Shown: positions 30,101-39,742 of the stretch, piece by piece
Position numbering within the stretch: the first letter of the stretch is position 1
How the letters are laid out: each line of letters starts with the position of its first letter
From: an uncultured Acidobacteriota bacterium
Lineage (GTDB): Bacteria > Acidobacteriota > Thermoanaerobaculia > Multivoradales > JAHEKO01
NCBI GenBank assembly: GCA_963713825.1
Contig: CAVQNG010000005.1
Coordinates: 224,001 to 288,000 of the forward strand
Length of the DNA stretch: 64,000 nt
Direction: 5' to 3'
The notes under the pieces: model-generated
The model's input: the letters and a program-made list of their open reading frames with translations, nothing else
Told to the model about the DNA's origin: nothing
Database searches by the model: none
Program-made: the position numbers and the translations under genes

Positions 30101-30783
30101 ATGCCCTCCTCGATGGCGTGTGGGAAAAGCAGGCCACAGAGACTCCAGTAGATGATGGCGAAGCTTGCCAGCAATGTGGCCCACGAACCGACCTGAGACA
30201 TAGGGTCACCCGTCAAAATCAGGGTGGTGGACTTGACCGCCCCCATGAGAACAGGAATAACCAGGGGAAACAGCAGCAGAGGCAGGAGAACGTCCTGGCT
30301 CTGCAGGCGACTCGTCATGGCGGCGTAAAGGGTTCCGGGAGCCGATAGGCCCGCTGCCGCCAACGTCCACAGGCCAAGCAGCACCGCCAGACCCTTGAGA
30401 TCCAGTTCAACGGAGTAGAGGATCAGCCCCACCGGAGTCAGTACCGGTGCCAGCAACATCAGGAACAGCGTGTTGCTCAGCGTCTTGCCGTAGTAGAGGG
30501 CGATAGGGTCGACCGGCAGCAGTAGGAGGCCCTCGATGGCTCGTTGCTCCTGTTCGACTCTGAAGCTCTCCGAAAGGCCCAGGGTCGAGCTCAACAAGAG
30601 GGCGAGAACCAGGAATCCTCCAGCCGCGGCCCGCAGCAGCGTGCTGTCCGGACCGACCGCGAACGAGAACAGCAACAGGGTGACGACCCCGAACAGCAGG
30701 ACGGAGATCAAACGACCCTTGCCTCGCCATTCCAGCAAGAGATCCTTGCGCACGACCGTCATGGCCTGACCGAGCAGATTCAT
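30097..30783 (-). CDS. ccmB: Heme exporter protein CcmB
   Basis: KDLLLEWR, LFSFA, LLPLLLFPLVIPVL. Confidence 0.93.
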   Translation of the reverse strand: MNLLGQAMTVVRKDLLLEWRGKGRLISVLLFGVVTLLLFSFAVGPDSTLLRAAAGGFLVLALLLSSTLGLSESFRVEQEQRAIEGLLLLPVDPIALYYGKTLSNTLFLMLLAPVLTPVGLILYSVELDLKGLAVLLGLWTLAAAGLSAPGTLYAAMTSRLQSQDVLLPLLLFPLVIPVLMGAVKSTTLILTGDPMSQVGSWATLLASFAIIYWSLCGLLFPHAIEEGI

Positions 30784-31490
30784 ACCGTCGTACCCACGTG
30801 GTCCAGCAGCTCGTTTCCGGTGCCCTGCCAGAGCATCTGTCCTTGCTGCAGGAGAATCGCCCGATCGCACAGCTTCGTTGACCGCGGCAGGTTGTGAGAG
30901 GCGAGAACAACGGTCTTGCCGGCCGTGCGGTACCCTTCGATCCACTCCTCGATGAGATTCTGCCCCGCGGCATCGAGGGCGGAGAAGGGCTCGTCCAGAA
31001 GCACGAGCTTGGGTTTCTCGAGCCTGGTGCGTAGCAGTGTGAGGCGCTTTCTCATGCCAGCTGAGAACCCTCCAACCGGATAGTCCCGGCGATCGTCGAG
31101 GTCTACCTCGCGCAGGAGCTCGATCGCCTGCTCCTCGGCCAGCTCCATGCCGCCGAGCCGGGTCCAGACCTGGAGCATCTCGAGAGCTGACAGTTGTGAG
31201 TAGAGGTAGTTGTCATGCCCCACCAGCGTCAGGGTGCGACGGCAGGCCAGCTTCTCCTGTTCCGGGTCCATCCCGTAGATCATCATGCTGCCTTGGGTCG
31301 GCTTGTAGAGGCCGGCAATGAGTCGCAGAAGTGTCGTCTTGCCCGAACCGTTGGCGCCGGCCAGGAGCAGGACCTCGCCGGGGCGGACTTCGAGATCGCA
31401 ATGCGCCAGGGCCCACTGGCGTCCGAACCGCTTTCCGAGGCTGGTGGTCTGGACGGCAAGAGGAGCGGAGTCTGCGGCGCGGGTAGACAT
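30780..31490 (-). CDS. ccmA: Heme ABC exporter ATP-binding protein CcmA
   Basis: GANGSGKTT, FSAGMRKR, LLDEPFSALD; first gene of the ccm operon. Confidence 0.92.
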   Translation of the reverse strand: MSTRAADSAPLAVQTTSLGKRFGRQWALAHCDLEVRPGEVLLLAGANGSGKTTLLRLIAGLYKPTQGSMMIYGMDPEQEKLACRRTLTLVGHDNYLYSQLSALEMLQVWTRLGGMELAEEQAIELLREVDLDDRRDYPVGGFSAGMRKRLTLLRTRLEKPKLVLLDEPFSALDAAGQNLIEEWIEGYRTAGKTVVLASHNLPRSTKLCDRAILLQQGQMLWQGTGNELLDHVGTTV

Positions 31491-31667
31491 GATTGGGGCT
31501 GTGATTGGTGGTACGCGGGTCGGGAAAAGACAGATCTACGACAACCACCCAGTCTGGACCCGCAGCGGGTAGGCATCGGCCGCCAACTCTAGCAGAATCC
31601 TGCGGGCTAGCGACAGTTGCCGACAACGCCACGAATCATGCCATGGACGCCAGGGAAGTGTCGTAGC

Positions 31668-33668
31668 ATGGGGCTCGTGACCGTCAAGCGACTCTCAATC
31701 GTCGGCGCTTTGATTCTGGCCTCTTGCAGTGGTGCTCATGCTCCGGAAGGAGCCGTGGACAGGTACACCTGGGAGGTCTCCGACCTGCAGGAGCGTGGGA
31801 TGCTCCTGCTGCTGGAGGATCGGCGCCAATACGACCCGTTTGCGGTCGAAATGACGCGAGATGCCAACCCGGATTTGCGCGCTGATCTGGCAGGAACTCT
31901 GGGAAGAGTACGCGACCCGCAGGGATTGACCATCCTCGAGGAGTTGTTGGCCGACCCAGAGGCGGTCGTTCGACGCGCTGCGGCCTTTGGGCTTGGGCTG
32001 CTCGGAGACGCTCGGGCCATCGATCCTCTTCTGGGGGCAGCGGCTGACACGGACCTGGAAACGGGCCGCAGGGCAGTCGCCTCGCTGGCCAGCTTGAACA
32101 CCGATCTCCAGCGGGTGATCGTAGCCATGAACGCACTACCAGCCGAGGAGACCTGGCGACGATTGCTGCCCTCCCTTTACAGGTTCCCCGGTTCCGACAC
32201 TCTTTCGGTCGCGCAACAAGCGCTGACCCTGAGGGAGCCAGAGCTCCGGAAGCTGGCGTTCTACGCCCTGGCGCGCGATCCTCTCCCCGAGGCGGCCCCG
32301 CTCATTCGTCCCTTTCTACAGGATCCTGATCCGTGGGTGAGTGGCTTGGCTGCGCGAGCGCTCGGGCAGGTGGGCGACAGACAAGATTTCGACCTCATCG
32401 AACCGCTTCTGAACGATGAGACAACTCCGGTGGTCCAAGCCTTGCGAGCGGGCAGCAACCTGGTCGCACGAAGTGAAGACGCTGCGCCCGAGGATTGGAT
32501 CCCGGAGCTCTTGCGGTTGATGCGGCATCCGGATCCAGGTGTGGCCATCACGGCTACAGAGACCGCCGCTGCCTGGCTGCCCAACGGTTCCCTGGCAGAC
32601 GCAATCGTGGCGCTGGTTACCTCCGGTTCCGGGCGCCAGAAGGAGGTGGCCATCCTGTCCCTGGCCGCGGGTGGCGATTCACGGGGCGCGGCTCTTCTTC
32701 CGCCCCTGTCGCGGGATGCCGATCCCCGGTGGCGAGCCGTGGCCGCGACAGCGGCAGCCGAGCTCGGGATGACTTCGACCCTGGTGACCCTGCTCGAGGA
32801 CGGCGACCCTGGAGTTCGGCTCTCAGCCCTCACCGGTGTAGTAGACCTCGAGCAGGAGTGGGCTGGTGGATCCGTGGTCCAGATGCTGGAGGACTCTGAC
32901 CCCGCCGTGCGGGGAAAAGCGCTCGAGTGGGCGGCAGAGAATCCAGAGATTCCGGTGGATCTTCTGGAGCAGGGATTGGCCGGTCCACCTCGTCAGCCGG
33001 TGGAGTTGTACCTGCACGGCACTGCCGCGTTGCTGGCCAGAGCTCTCGGCGAGCCTCTGGAAAGGGGAGAGATCGTCAGAATCCTCGAAGAGCTGGCCTC
33101 GCGGGCGGACTACCCGGTGCGGGTTCGGGCTGGCCTCGCACTGGAGGAGCTGGGACGCCCCCGACCGGCCGTGGGACCGGCGAGCGTCCGACGCACTGCG
33201 CCTACCTACCGAGAGTTGATCCGACGCTCCTCCAGGCCTCGATTCGTCGAGCTGCACACCCATCACGGCATCGTCAGATTGGAGCTCGATTGCCCGACGG
33301 CTCCTTTGACCTGTCTGAACTTCCTGCAGTTGGTCAATCAGGGGTTCTACGACGGTCTGGAGTTCCATCGCGTCGTGCCCGATTTCGTGGTTCAGGGAGG
33401 CGACCCCCGAGGGGATGGCTGGGGCGGCCCGGGGTACACGATCCGAGACGAGTTGAGCGGCAAGCCGTTCGGTAGAGGCGTCATCGGAATGGCCCTGGCC
33501 GGTCCTGATACGGGCGGCAGCCAGTTCTTCATCACGCTCTCTCCCCAGCCTCACCTGGACGCCGCTTTTACCGCCTTTGGGGAAGTGACCGACGGAATGG
33601 AGGTGCTCCTGCAGCTCGAGCAGGGCGATCGCATCGAGCGTCTCCTGGAGGTGCCGTTAAGGCACTGA
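31668..33668 (+). CDS. Lipoprotein with HEAT repeats and a C-terminal cyclophilin-type PPIase
   Basis: Lipobox LASC; D.D..VR..AA..LG repeats; FYDGLEFHRVVPDFVVQGGDP and GSQFFIT. Confidence 0.92.
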   Translation: MGLVTVKRLSIVGALILASCSGAHAPEGAVDRYTWEVSDLQERGMLLLLEDRRQYDPFAVEMTRDANPDLRADLAGTLGRVRDPQGLTILEELLADPEAVVRRAAAFGLGLLGDARAIDPLLGAAADTDLETGRRAVASLASLNTDLQRVIVAMNALPAEETWRRLLPSLYRFPGSDTLSVAQQALTLREPELRKLAFYALARDPLPEAAPLIRPFLQDPDPWVSGLAARALGQVGDRQDFDLIEPLLNDETTPVVQALRAGSNLVARSEDAAPEDWIPELLRLMRHPDPGVAITATETAAAWLPNGSLADAIVALVTSGSGRQKEVAILSLAAGGDSRGAALLPPLSRDADPRWRAVAATAAAELGMTSTLVTLLEDGDPGVRLSALTGVVDLEQEWAGGSVVQMLEDSDPAVRGKALEWAAENPEIPVDLLEQGLAGPPRQPVELYLHGTAALLARALGEPLERGEIVRILEELASRADYPVRVRAGLALEELGRPRPAVGPASVRRTAPTYRELIRRSSRPRFVELHTHHGIVRLELDCPTAPLTCLNFLQLVNQGFYDGLEFHRVVPDFVVQGGDPRGDGWGGPGYTIRDELSGKPFGRGVIGMALAGPDTGGSQFFITLSPQPHLDAAFTAFGEVTDGMEVLLQLEQGDRIERLLEVPLRH

Positions 33669-33732
33669 TGCCCACCTCCACGGCAGCGGTGAAGCAAGGT
33701 CTGCCAAGGGGCTGAGGTACACTGCTTCGTTC

Positions 33733-34323
33733 ATGACGGTGAGGCGTCGAATCAACCGACTGGCCCTCGGTCGTGCTCTTCGTGGCACGATTCTGATCGG
33801 CGTTTGGACCCTTGTGATGGCCCTACCGACAACAGCCCAAGAATCGGACGAATCGATCCTCCTCGGCGCCGTGACCCGCGCTGAGATCGAAGCCGCGATA
33901 CCCGACTGGGTGAGCGAGGCGATGGCATCGCAGCCCGATCTGGAAGCGACGGATCGGCTCCTGCAGGCGATCGATGGCGCCGAAGTTGTGGTCTATCTGG
34001 GTTCCTGGTGCGACGATACCCGTCGGGAGTTGGGACGCTTCTGGTGGGCCCTGGATTCGTTGGGAGTGGAGGGGCCATCTCAAGTGACCTATGTGGCCGT
34101 TGATCGCAGCCTGACTAAGCCAGCCGACCAGGTCGCAGGAGTGGGCCTGATCAGGGTTCCCACGATCGTGGTGAGACGCGGCGGCGTCGAGCAGGGTCGC
34201 ATCGTGGAAGAGTCGCCCAATGGCATCGAGATCGACCTCCTCGGCCTCCTCGGCGGGGAGGTGAGCGGGACCATCACCGCTAGCGAAGACCTCTGGATCG
34301 AGGAGACCGACTCCCAGCCCTGA
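33733..34323 (+). CDS. Exported thioredoxin-like protein (single-Cys WCDD)
   Basis: Signal peptide, YLGSWCDDT, RVPTIVV, GRIVE. Confidence 0.75.
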   Translation: MTVRRRINRLALGRALRGTILIGVWTLVMALPTTAQESDESILLGAVTRAEIEAAIPDWVSEAMASQPDLEATDRLLQAIDGAEVVVYLGSWCDDTRRELGRFWWALDSLGVEGPSQVTYVAVDRSLTKPADQVAGVGLIRVPTIVVRRGGVEQGRIVEESPNGIEIDLLGLLGGEVSGTITASEDLWIEETDSQP

Positions 34324-34351
34324 ACCTGCGGCTGGAGTAGGCACCGAAACG

Positions 34352-34513
34352 ATGAAGAACCTGGGGTGGGGCCTGCAGTTCCTGGCTCTCATTGTCGTCG
34401 GATGTGCCCTGCTCTTGGGGTTGGCCTATGAGTCCATGGCCGCCGAGCTGAGTCTCCTCGGGCTGGGTATCCTTCTCTTCATGCTGGGCAAGCGGATTCA
34501 GGACGACAGCTGA
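34352..34513 (+). CDS. Small two-TM membrane protein (53 aa)
   Basis: Hand-translated MKNLGWGLQFLALIVVGCALLLGLAYESMAAELSLLGLGILLFMLGKRIQDDS; fills the gap in the operon. Confidence 0.7.
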   Translation: MKNLGWGLQFLALIVVGCALLLGLAYESMAAELSLLGLGILLFMLGKRIQDDS

Positions 34514-34561
34514 TGGGCCGTGAGGAACAGGTCTGACGAATTGCCAAGATCCGAGGAAGGT

Positions 34562-35545
34562 GTGAAAAGGCTACTGATTCTGGGAGATCTGCCGGGTGAC
34601 GGTGTTAGGCGGCTGCAAGGCAGTTGCGAGGTCGAAGTGCACGACGGTGAGGGGCTCGGCGAGGCCGAGCTGATCAGGCTCATTCCAGGGTTCCACGGCC
34701 TTCTGACCCTGCTGATCCACCCCGTGACCGAGCGCGTACTGGCGGCTGCCGATCGTCTACAGATCGTCGCCAACTGTGCCGTCGGAGTCGACAACATCGA
34801 CCTGGCTGCCGCCGAGCGCCACCGGGTCATCGTGACGAACACCCCGGATGTGCTGACGGCCGACACCGCCGATCTGACGTGGGGCCTGATCCTGGCCGTC
34901 TTGCGGGGCATTGTCAGTGGAGACAAGTATCTTCGCCGCGGGAGCTTTCACGGCTGGCGGCCGAAGCTCTTGATGGGTCGCTCGCTCGCCGCCGTGACCC
35001 TCGGTGTCGTCGGGCCGGGCCGAATCGGGCGAGCCGTTTTGGCCCGGGCCCCAGCCTTCGGAGTTCGGAGCCTCTATCATGGTCCTTCTCGACTCCCGGA
35101 ACAGACGGAGCGCGAACTGGAAACGGAATGGTGTGGGCTCGAAGACCTACTGATGGCGAGTGATGTGGTCTCTCTCCACGTGCCGCTGAACACTGACACC
35201 CGTCACCTCATGGACCGCCGAACGCTGCTAAGCATGAAGAAGGGGAGCTTCCTCATCAACACGGCCCGGGGCCCCCTGGTCGACGAGTCGGCTCTGGCGG
35301 ACGCCGTGGCCAGCGGCCACCTTGCCGGTGCCGGACTCGACGTCTATGAGGCCGAGCCCGAGGTGCATCCGCGGCTTCTGGAGCTCGACAACGTCGTTCT
35401 GGTACCCCATATCGGCTCAGCGACGATAGAAACCCGTACACGTATGGCAGACTGTTGCTTCGAGGACCTCTACACGGTTCTCGTGGAGGAGACGGTTCCA
35501 GAGAGGGCCCTGGTGAAACCAGCCCCTGAGGGCGAAAAGCCATAG
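34562..35545 (+). CDS. D-isomer-specific 2-hydroxyacid dehydrogenase (glyoxylate reductase/D-glycerate dehydrogenase-like)
   Basis: AVGVDNID, VTNTPDVLT, GPGRIG, NTARG, DVYEAEP, PHIGSAT. Alternative start 34520. Confidence 0.93.
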   Translation: MKRLLILGDLPGDGVRRLQGSCEVEVHDGEGLGEAELIRLIPGFHGLLTLLIHPVTERVLAAADRLQIVANCAVGVDNIDLAAAERHRVIVTNTPDVLTADTADLTWGLILAVLRGIVSGDKYLRRGSFHGWRPKLLMGRSLAAVTLGVVGPGRIGRAVLARAPAFGVRSLYHGPSRLPEQTERELETEWCGLEDLLMASDVVSLHVPLNTDTRHLMDRRTLLSMKKGSFLINTARGPLVDESALADAVASGHLAGAGLDVYEAEPEVHPRLLELDNVVLVPHIGSATIETRTRMADCCFEDLYTVLVEETVPERALVKPAPEGEKP

Positions 35546-35603
35546 ACAGCAGGCACCAAGGGATGTCTCCGCAGGTCGATCGTTGAGGCCTTCACAGCCA
35601 TCC

Positions 35604-35630
35604 TGCAACCTTTCACGAATGAGCACGTAA
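35604..35630 (+). promoter_or_regulatory. ECF (SigW/SigV-type) promoter, probably autoregulatory
   Basis: TGCAAC-N16-CGTAA ending 4 nt before the sigma ATG. Confidence 0.65.
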
Positions 35631-35634
35631 TGAG

Positions 35635-36222
35635 ATGACGACGGGATCGACGCAGCTTACGGACGCGGAATTGGTCGCGGCGATCCTCAAAGGAGAGCAG
35701 GAGCTTTTCAGTGATCTGGTTCAACGCTATCAAGGCCGTTTGGTCAATTACCTCTACCGCCTCCTCCGCAACGCGTCGGAGGCCGAGGACCTTGCCCAGG
35801 AGGTCTTTCTCAAGCTCTACCGAGCTCTGGACCGGTACGATCCGAGCTATAAGTTCTCAACGTGGCTTTTCCGCGTCGCTCAAAACGCCGCGATCGACCA
35901 GATTCGTAAGCGCCGCCTGCAGCTCGTCTCCATGGATCGAGCCGGCGACGGCACCAGCGGTTCGGGTACCTGGGAGTTTCCGAGCTCCGATCCGAGCCCA
36001 TACGGCGACTTGCGCAACACCGAGCGCGGAGAAGCGATCCAAGAAGCGATTGATGAACTACCCTGGGACTACCGAGAGTTGATTGTGTTACGCCATTTTG
36101 GTGAATTGTCCTACGACGAAATCGCGACTCTCAAAGGTATGCCTCTTGGAACGGTCAAGAACAAGCTCTTTCGGGGTCGCCAGATGATGAAGGACAAGCT
36201 ACGCGACTTCTTGACGGACTGA
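35635..36222 (+). CDS. ECF RNA polymerase sigma factor (SigW-like)
   Basis: AEDLAQEVF, KFSTWLFRVAQNAAID, LSYDEIA...P.GTVK..L.RGR. Confidence 0.95.
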   Translation: MTTGSTQLTDAELVAAILKGEQELFSDLVQRYQGRLVNYLYRLLRNASEAEDLAQEVFLKLYRALDRYDPSYKFSTWLFRVAQNAAIDQIRKRRLQLVSMDRAGDGTSGSGTWEFPSSDPSPYGDLRNTERGEAIQEAIDELPWDYRELIVLRHFGELSYDEIATLKGMPLGTVKNKLFRGRQMMKDKLRDFLTD

Positions 36223-36247
36223 GTCCGACAGTGAGGCAACGGCAGCC

Positions 36248-36850
36248 ATGAGGACAAGAGAACCCGACCACAGCACCTACCAGGAGTGGCTCCATTCGGA
36301 GCTCGATGGTGGACTGACGACCGGTGAGCGGTCGCAGCTGCGCGATCACCTCGCCTTCTGTGATCAGTGCAAGGCAGAGAAAGAGGAGTTGATCAAGCTC
36401 GAGCGTCTCCTGGCCGAGTCCCGCTTGCCGGTGCGAGCCGACTTCTGTGACGAGGTCATGGCGTCGCTTCCAGCCTCGGGTTGGGAGGCGCGTTTTCCAA
36501 GAAGCTGGATTGCCGCCCTGGTCGCGGTCGTAGTTCTGGTCGCAGGGGCCGCTGCCCTCATTTCGTCGGCCGGGCAGGGTGTCGAGCCGACAGTGCCGTT
36601 GGCAGGAGCCTTGGCGGCGATCCTCGGCATGCTTCAGTCCTCCGCCCTGGCCGGGGCTGGACTCCTGACCGCCTCCTGGAAGGGTCTGGGTCTGGCATTC
36701 CAGGAGCTGCTCGGCGGCTCGATCTGGAATCTCGTGGCCGTCAGCGTCCTGGTATTCGCCGTAGACTTCATGCTGATCCGCATGCTCCTTCGACAGGGCC
36801 AGCCCGCAGCGGAGCGCTCCGGTCGCTCCGCTTCCAACGACGATTCATAG
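36248..36850 (+). CDS. Zinc-binding (ZAS, zf-HC2) membrane anti-sigma factor
   Basis: LDG.L...HLAFCDQC (HxxxCxxC) followed by TM helices; adjacent to the ECF sigma. Confidence 0.9.
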   Translation: MRTREPDHSTYQEWLHSELDGGLTTGERSQLRDHLAFCDQCKAEKEELIKLERLLAESRLPVRADFCDEVMASLPASGWEARFPRSWIAALVAVVVLVAGAAALISSAGQGVEPTVPLAGALAAILGMLQSSALAGAGLLTASWKGLGLAFQELLGGSIWNLVAVSVLVFAVDFMLIRMLLRQGQPAAERSGRSASNDDS

Positions 36851-37527
36851 CGCTACCTGGCGCTCCGAGGGATGAGGCGCCCGGCTCACCGCCGGCCGTT
36901 CTTTGTGGGGTTGGGGTTGAGGCGGCTGTCGCTTGCTCCAGCCCGTCCCTGAGGGCTTGGAGCTGAGAGGCCCGTCCGGGTGGCCCGCCTGGGGGACGGC
37001 GTCGGCTACTCAGACTGCAACGGGCGGGCCGCCACCTTGTCACGTCATCGCGCCGGATCTGGTGTGCTCTTCGACGGCTCTTGCGCTGCGCTCGACGTGG
37101 CACCCCCTGACGAACCACCCGAACGATCCTCTGGCACCGACTGGCAGTGAGGCAGGCAGAGCAATAGGGGCGTAAGGGCGTAGGGGGCTAGGGCTTGAGC
37201 CTCTGTTCCCCCTAAGCCCTCAAAGACTGGCCGGAAGCAATGCCCGGCCACTTCACCCCCCACTGCCCCAAGGGCCGGCAGGGAGGTGCGACCGGACGCG
37301 CCTCAACCCCAGGCCGGGCGGGTGGGGGCCCAGGGGGTTCTTGCAGCGGTAGGGAGGATAAGCCCCCTGGGGGCCCCACGTCGGACCCCTCAGGATCAGT
37401 CTCTTTGCCCAGGACCCAGGACCCGGGTCCCAAGCCCCAAGGGTCGGCCGGGAGGCACGCGCGGGCGACTCAACCCGCCGTGTCTGAGCTAAACTCTGCA
37501 GGAGCGCGCCGGGGAATAGAGCTTGCC
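36851..37527. other. Long, highly structured intergenic element (candidate ncRNA or MITE-like insertion)
   Basis: 13-bp perfect inverted repeat at 36912-36924 and 37299-37311, several internal hairpins, G/C runs, no credible ORF. Confidence 0.45.
37408..37442. repeat. Degenerate heptamer tandem repeat (CCCAGGA-like, 5 copies)
   Basis: cccagga-cccagga-cccgggt-cccaagc-cccaagg. Confidence 0.7.
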
Positions 37528-39731
37528 GTGAAACGACTGATTCCAGATCGACACACTCTCTTGGGCGTCAGCCTGGCGGCGGCAGTGCTACTGGGGCTTT
37601 TCGGTTGCTCCAAGCCTGGTGGGCCGAAGATCGAAGGCGCTCAAGGGGCGCCGGTCATCCTGATCTCGATTGATACGCTGCGCTCCGATCGACTCCCGGT
37701 TTATGGCTACGACAAGGTCGAGACGCCCCATCTGGATGCCTTTGCTCGCGATGCGATCACCTTCGATCGGGCCTACAGCCACACGCCGCTGACCCTGCCC
37801 TCGCACGCCTCGATCCTGAGCGGCAAGCTGCCCGACCAGCACGGTGTTCGCGACAACGTCGGTTATGACGTGCCGGACGACCTGGTGGCCTTCCTGCCAC
37901 GAGATCTCGGGGCCGAAGGGTACAAGACGGGTGCGGCCGTCTCCGCCTACGTCCTGCGCGGCGAGACCGGCATCGCCAACGGCTTCGATTTCTTCGAGGA
38001 CGACATCCGATTTCAGGAGGGTGTCGCTGGGGGGCTCTCTCACGCCGTGGAGGCGAAACCCTGAATGCCGCGCGTGGCTGGCTGCGCTCGGTGGCGGCGG
38101 AGAAGTTCTTCTTCTTCTTTCATCTGTACGAGCCACATCTGCCCTGGGAGGCACCGGAACCGTACGCCTCACGATTCGAAGACCCCTACGATGCCGAGGT
38201 GGCAGCCGCCGACGCGGTGGTGGGGGAGCTGATCGCAGAGCTCAAGGAGCTGGAGGTCTACTCGAAGGCCATCATCATCGTGGTCTCGGATCACGGGGAA
38301 GGCCTCCGCAGTCATGGCTACATGGAGCATGGGTTCTTCCTGTACCGTGAGGACATTCAGGTGCCGCTGCTGTTGAAGCTGCCGAGTCAGCAACAGGGCG
38401 GTACGAGGCGGACAGCCGACGCGCAGCTCGTGGATCTCTACCCGACGATCGCAGGATTGGTCGGCCTGCCGACCGACGACAGCCTGCCGGGATGCTCCTT
38501 GCTGATGCTTCCCGAGTGCGGCGGCCCCGACCGGATCGTCTACTCCGAGAGCTTCTACGCTCGTCTGCATTTCGGCTGGAGTGATCTGGCCTCCTTGGTG
38601 CAGGGCAAGTATCACTACATCGATGGACCTCAACCCGAGCTCTACGACCTCGAAGAGGATCCCTTGGAGACGACGAACATTCTCAGGGATCAGAGGCACG
38701 TTTACGGCGCTCTGCACAAGAGGCTCGAGGAATTCAATCGGCAACTCGAGCCCCCGATGGAGGTGGACGAGGAGACCCGCAGCCGCTTGGAGGCGTTGGG
38801 CTACCTTGGTTCGAGCCCGGGCGATCTGGAAGGGCCGCTTCCCGACCCGAAGTCAGAGTTTCAGACTCTGCAAGAGCTGAACGAGGCGAGGACTCTCCTC
38901 GACAACGGTGAGTTCGAGCAGGCGGCGACGATCGCCAGGCAGGCGGTCGAGGCCAATCCCAGAATGATCGACGCCTGGGATGTTCTGGGCAATGCCCTCG
39001 AGCAGCAGGGACAACTCGACGGGGCTCTGGAAGCCTACAGACAGGGGATGGAGGTCTCGGGACCGCGGTCGGAGGTGATTCTGGCGATCTCGAGAGTGCA
39101 GTTGGAGCTCGGTCGGGTCGAGGAGGCAGTGGCAGGGATCGAAGCGGCGCGCCAGGCCGGGGTCATCAACCCCAATTCGATGCGACGCATCGGTCTGCAG
39201 CTCGTCGAGTGGGGGCGAACCGAAGAGGCTCTCTCCATCGTCGAGGAGGCGGCCGAGGACGGTACTGCCGAGTCGTTGGGAGCCCTGGGACGGGTGCTTT
39301 CCGAGCTCGATCGACAGCAGGATGCAATCGACGTCCTGAACCGAGCTCTGGCCGTCGATCCTGACCACGCACGAGCCCACGAATACCTGGGCCTGGTCTA
39401 TCTGCGTCTGAGCGAGAGCGCGCCATCTCGCGACTACTCGGAGAGGGCCGTGGAGTTGGATCCGACTCTGGCGGACGCCTGGAACAACCTCGGCGCCGCG
39501 CTCTATTTTCTGGGCCGGCCAGAAGAGGCTCTGCAGGCCTGGGAGACGGCGGTCGAGCAGGACCCCTCTCAGTACGAGACGCTGTTCAACATCGGCATCA
39601 AGGCTCCCGAGCTCGGCCGGCTCGACCAAGCCAGGGTGGCTCTGCGGCGCTTCATAGAAACCGCTCCAGAGCGGCGGTATGCGGCAGATATCGAGGAAGC
39701 GCAGCGCATCCTGCGTCAACTCGGCGGTTGA
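37528..39731 (+). pseudogene. Sulfatase-like (alkaline phosphatase superfamily) TPR lipoprotein, frameshifted near 38030-38040 (real lesion or assembly error)
   Basis: N-part has lipobox LFGC, ISIDTLRSD and TLPSH. C-part in another frame reads RRGGETLNAARGWLRSV..FFFFHLYEPH, SDHGE, then TPRs. Colinear with the intact paralog at 60408-62618. Confidence 0.8.
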
Positions 39732-39742
39732 AAGGAGAGGTT

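Noticed and set aside
36851-37527. RNase P RNA, tmRNA, SRP RNA, group II intron or retron msr-msd as the identity of the structured gap
   Set aside because: No GAGGAAAGUCC, tRNA-like ends, SRP loop or domain V motif seen, and no reverse transcriptase in the window. No target-site duplication flanks the 13-bp inverted repeat, so it was not called a mobile element either.
37240-37527. 96-aa Gly/Pro-rich N-terminal extension of the sulfatase-like ORF
   Set aside because: Low-complexity read-through of the structured region; the signal peptide begins at GTG 37528
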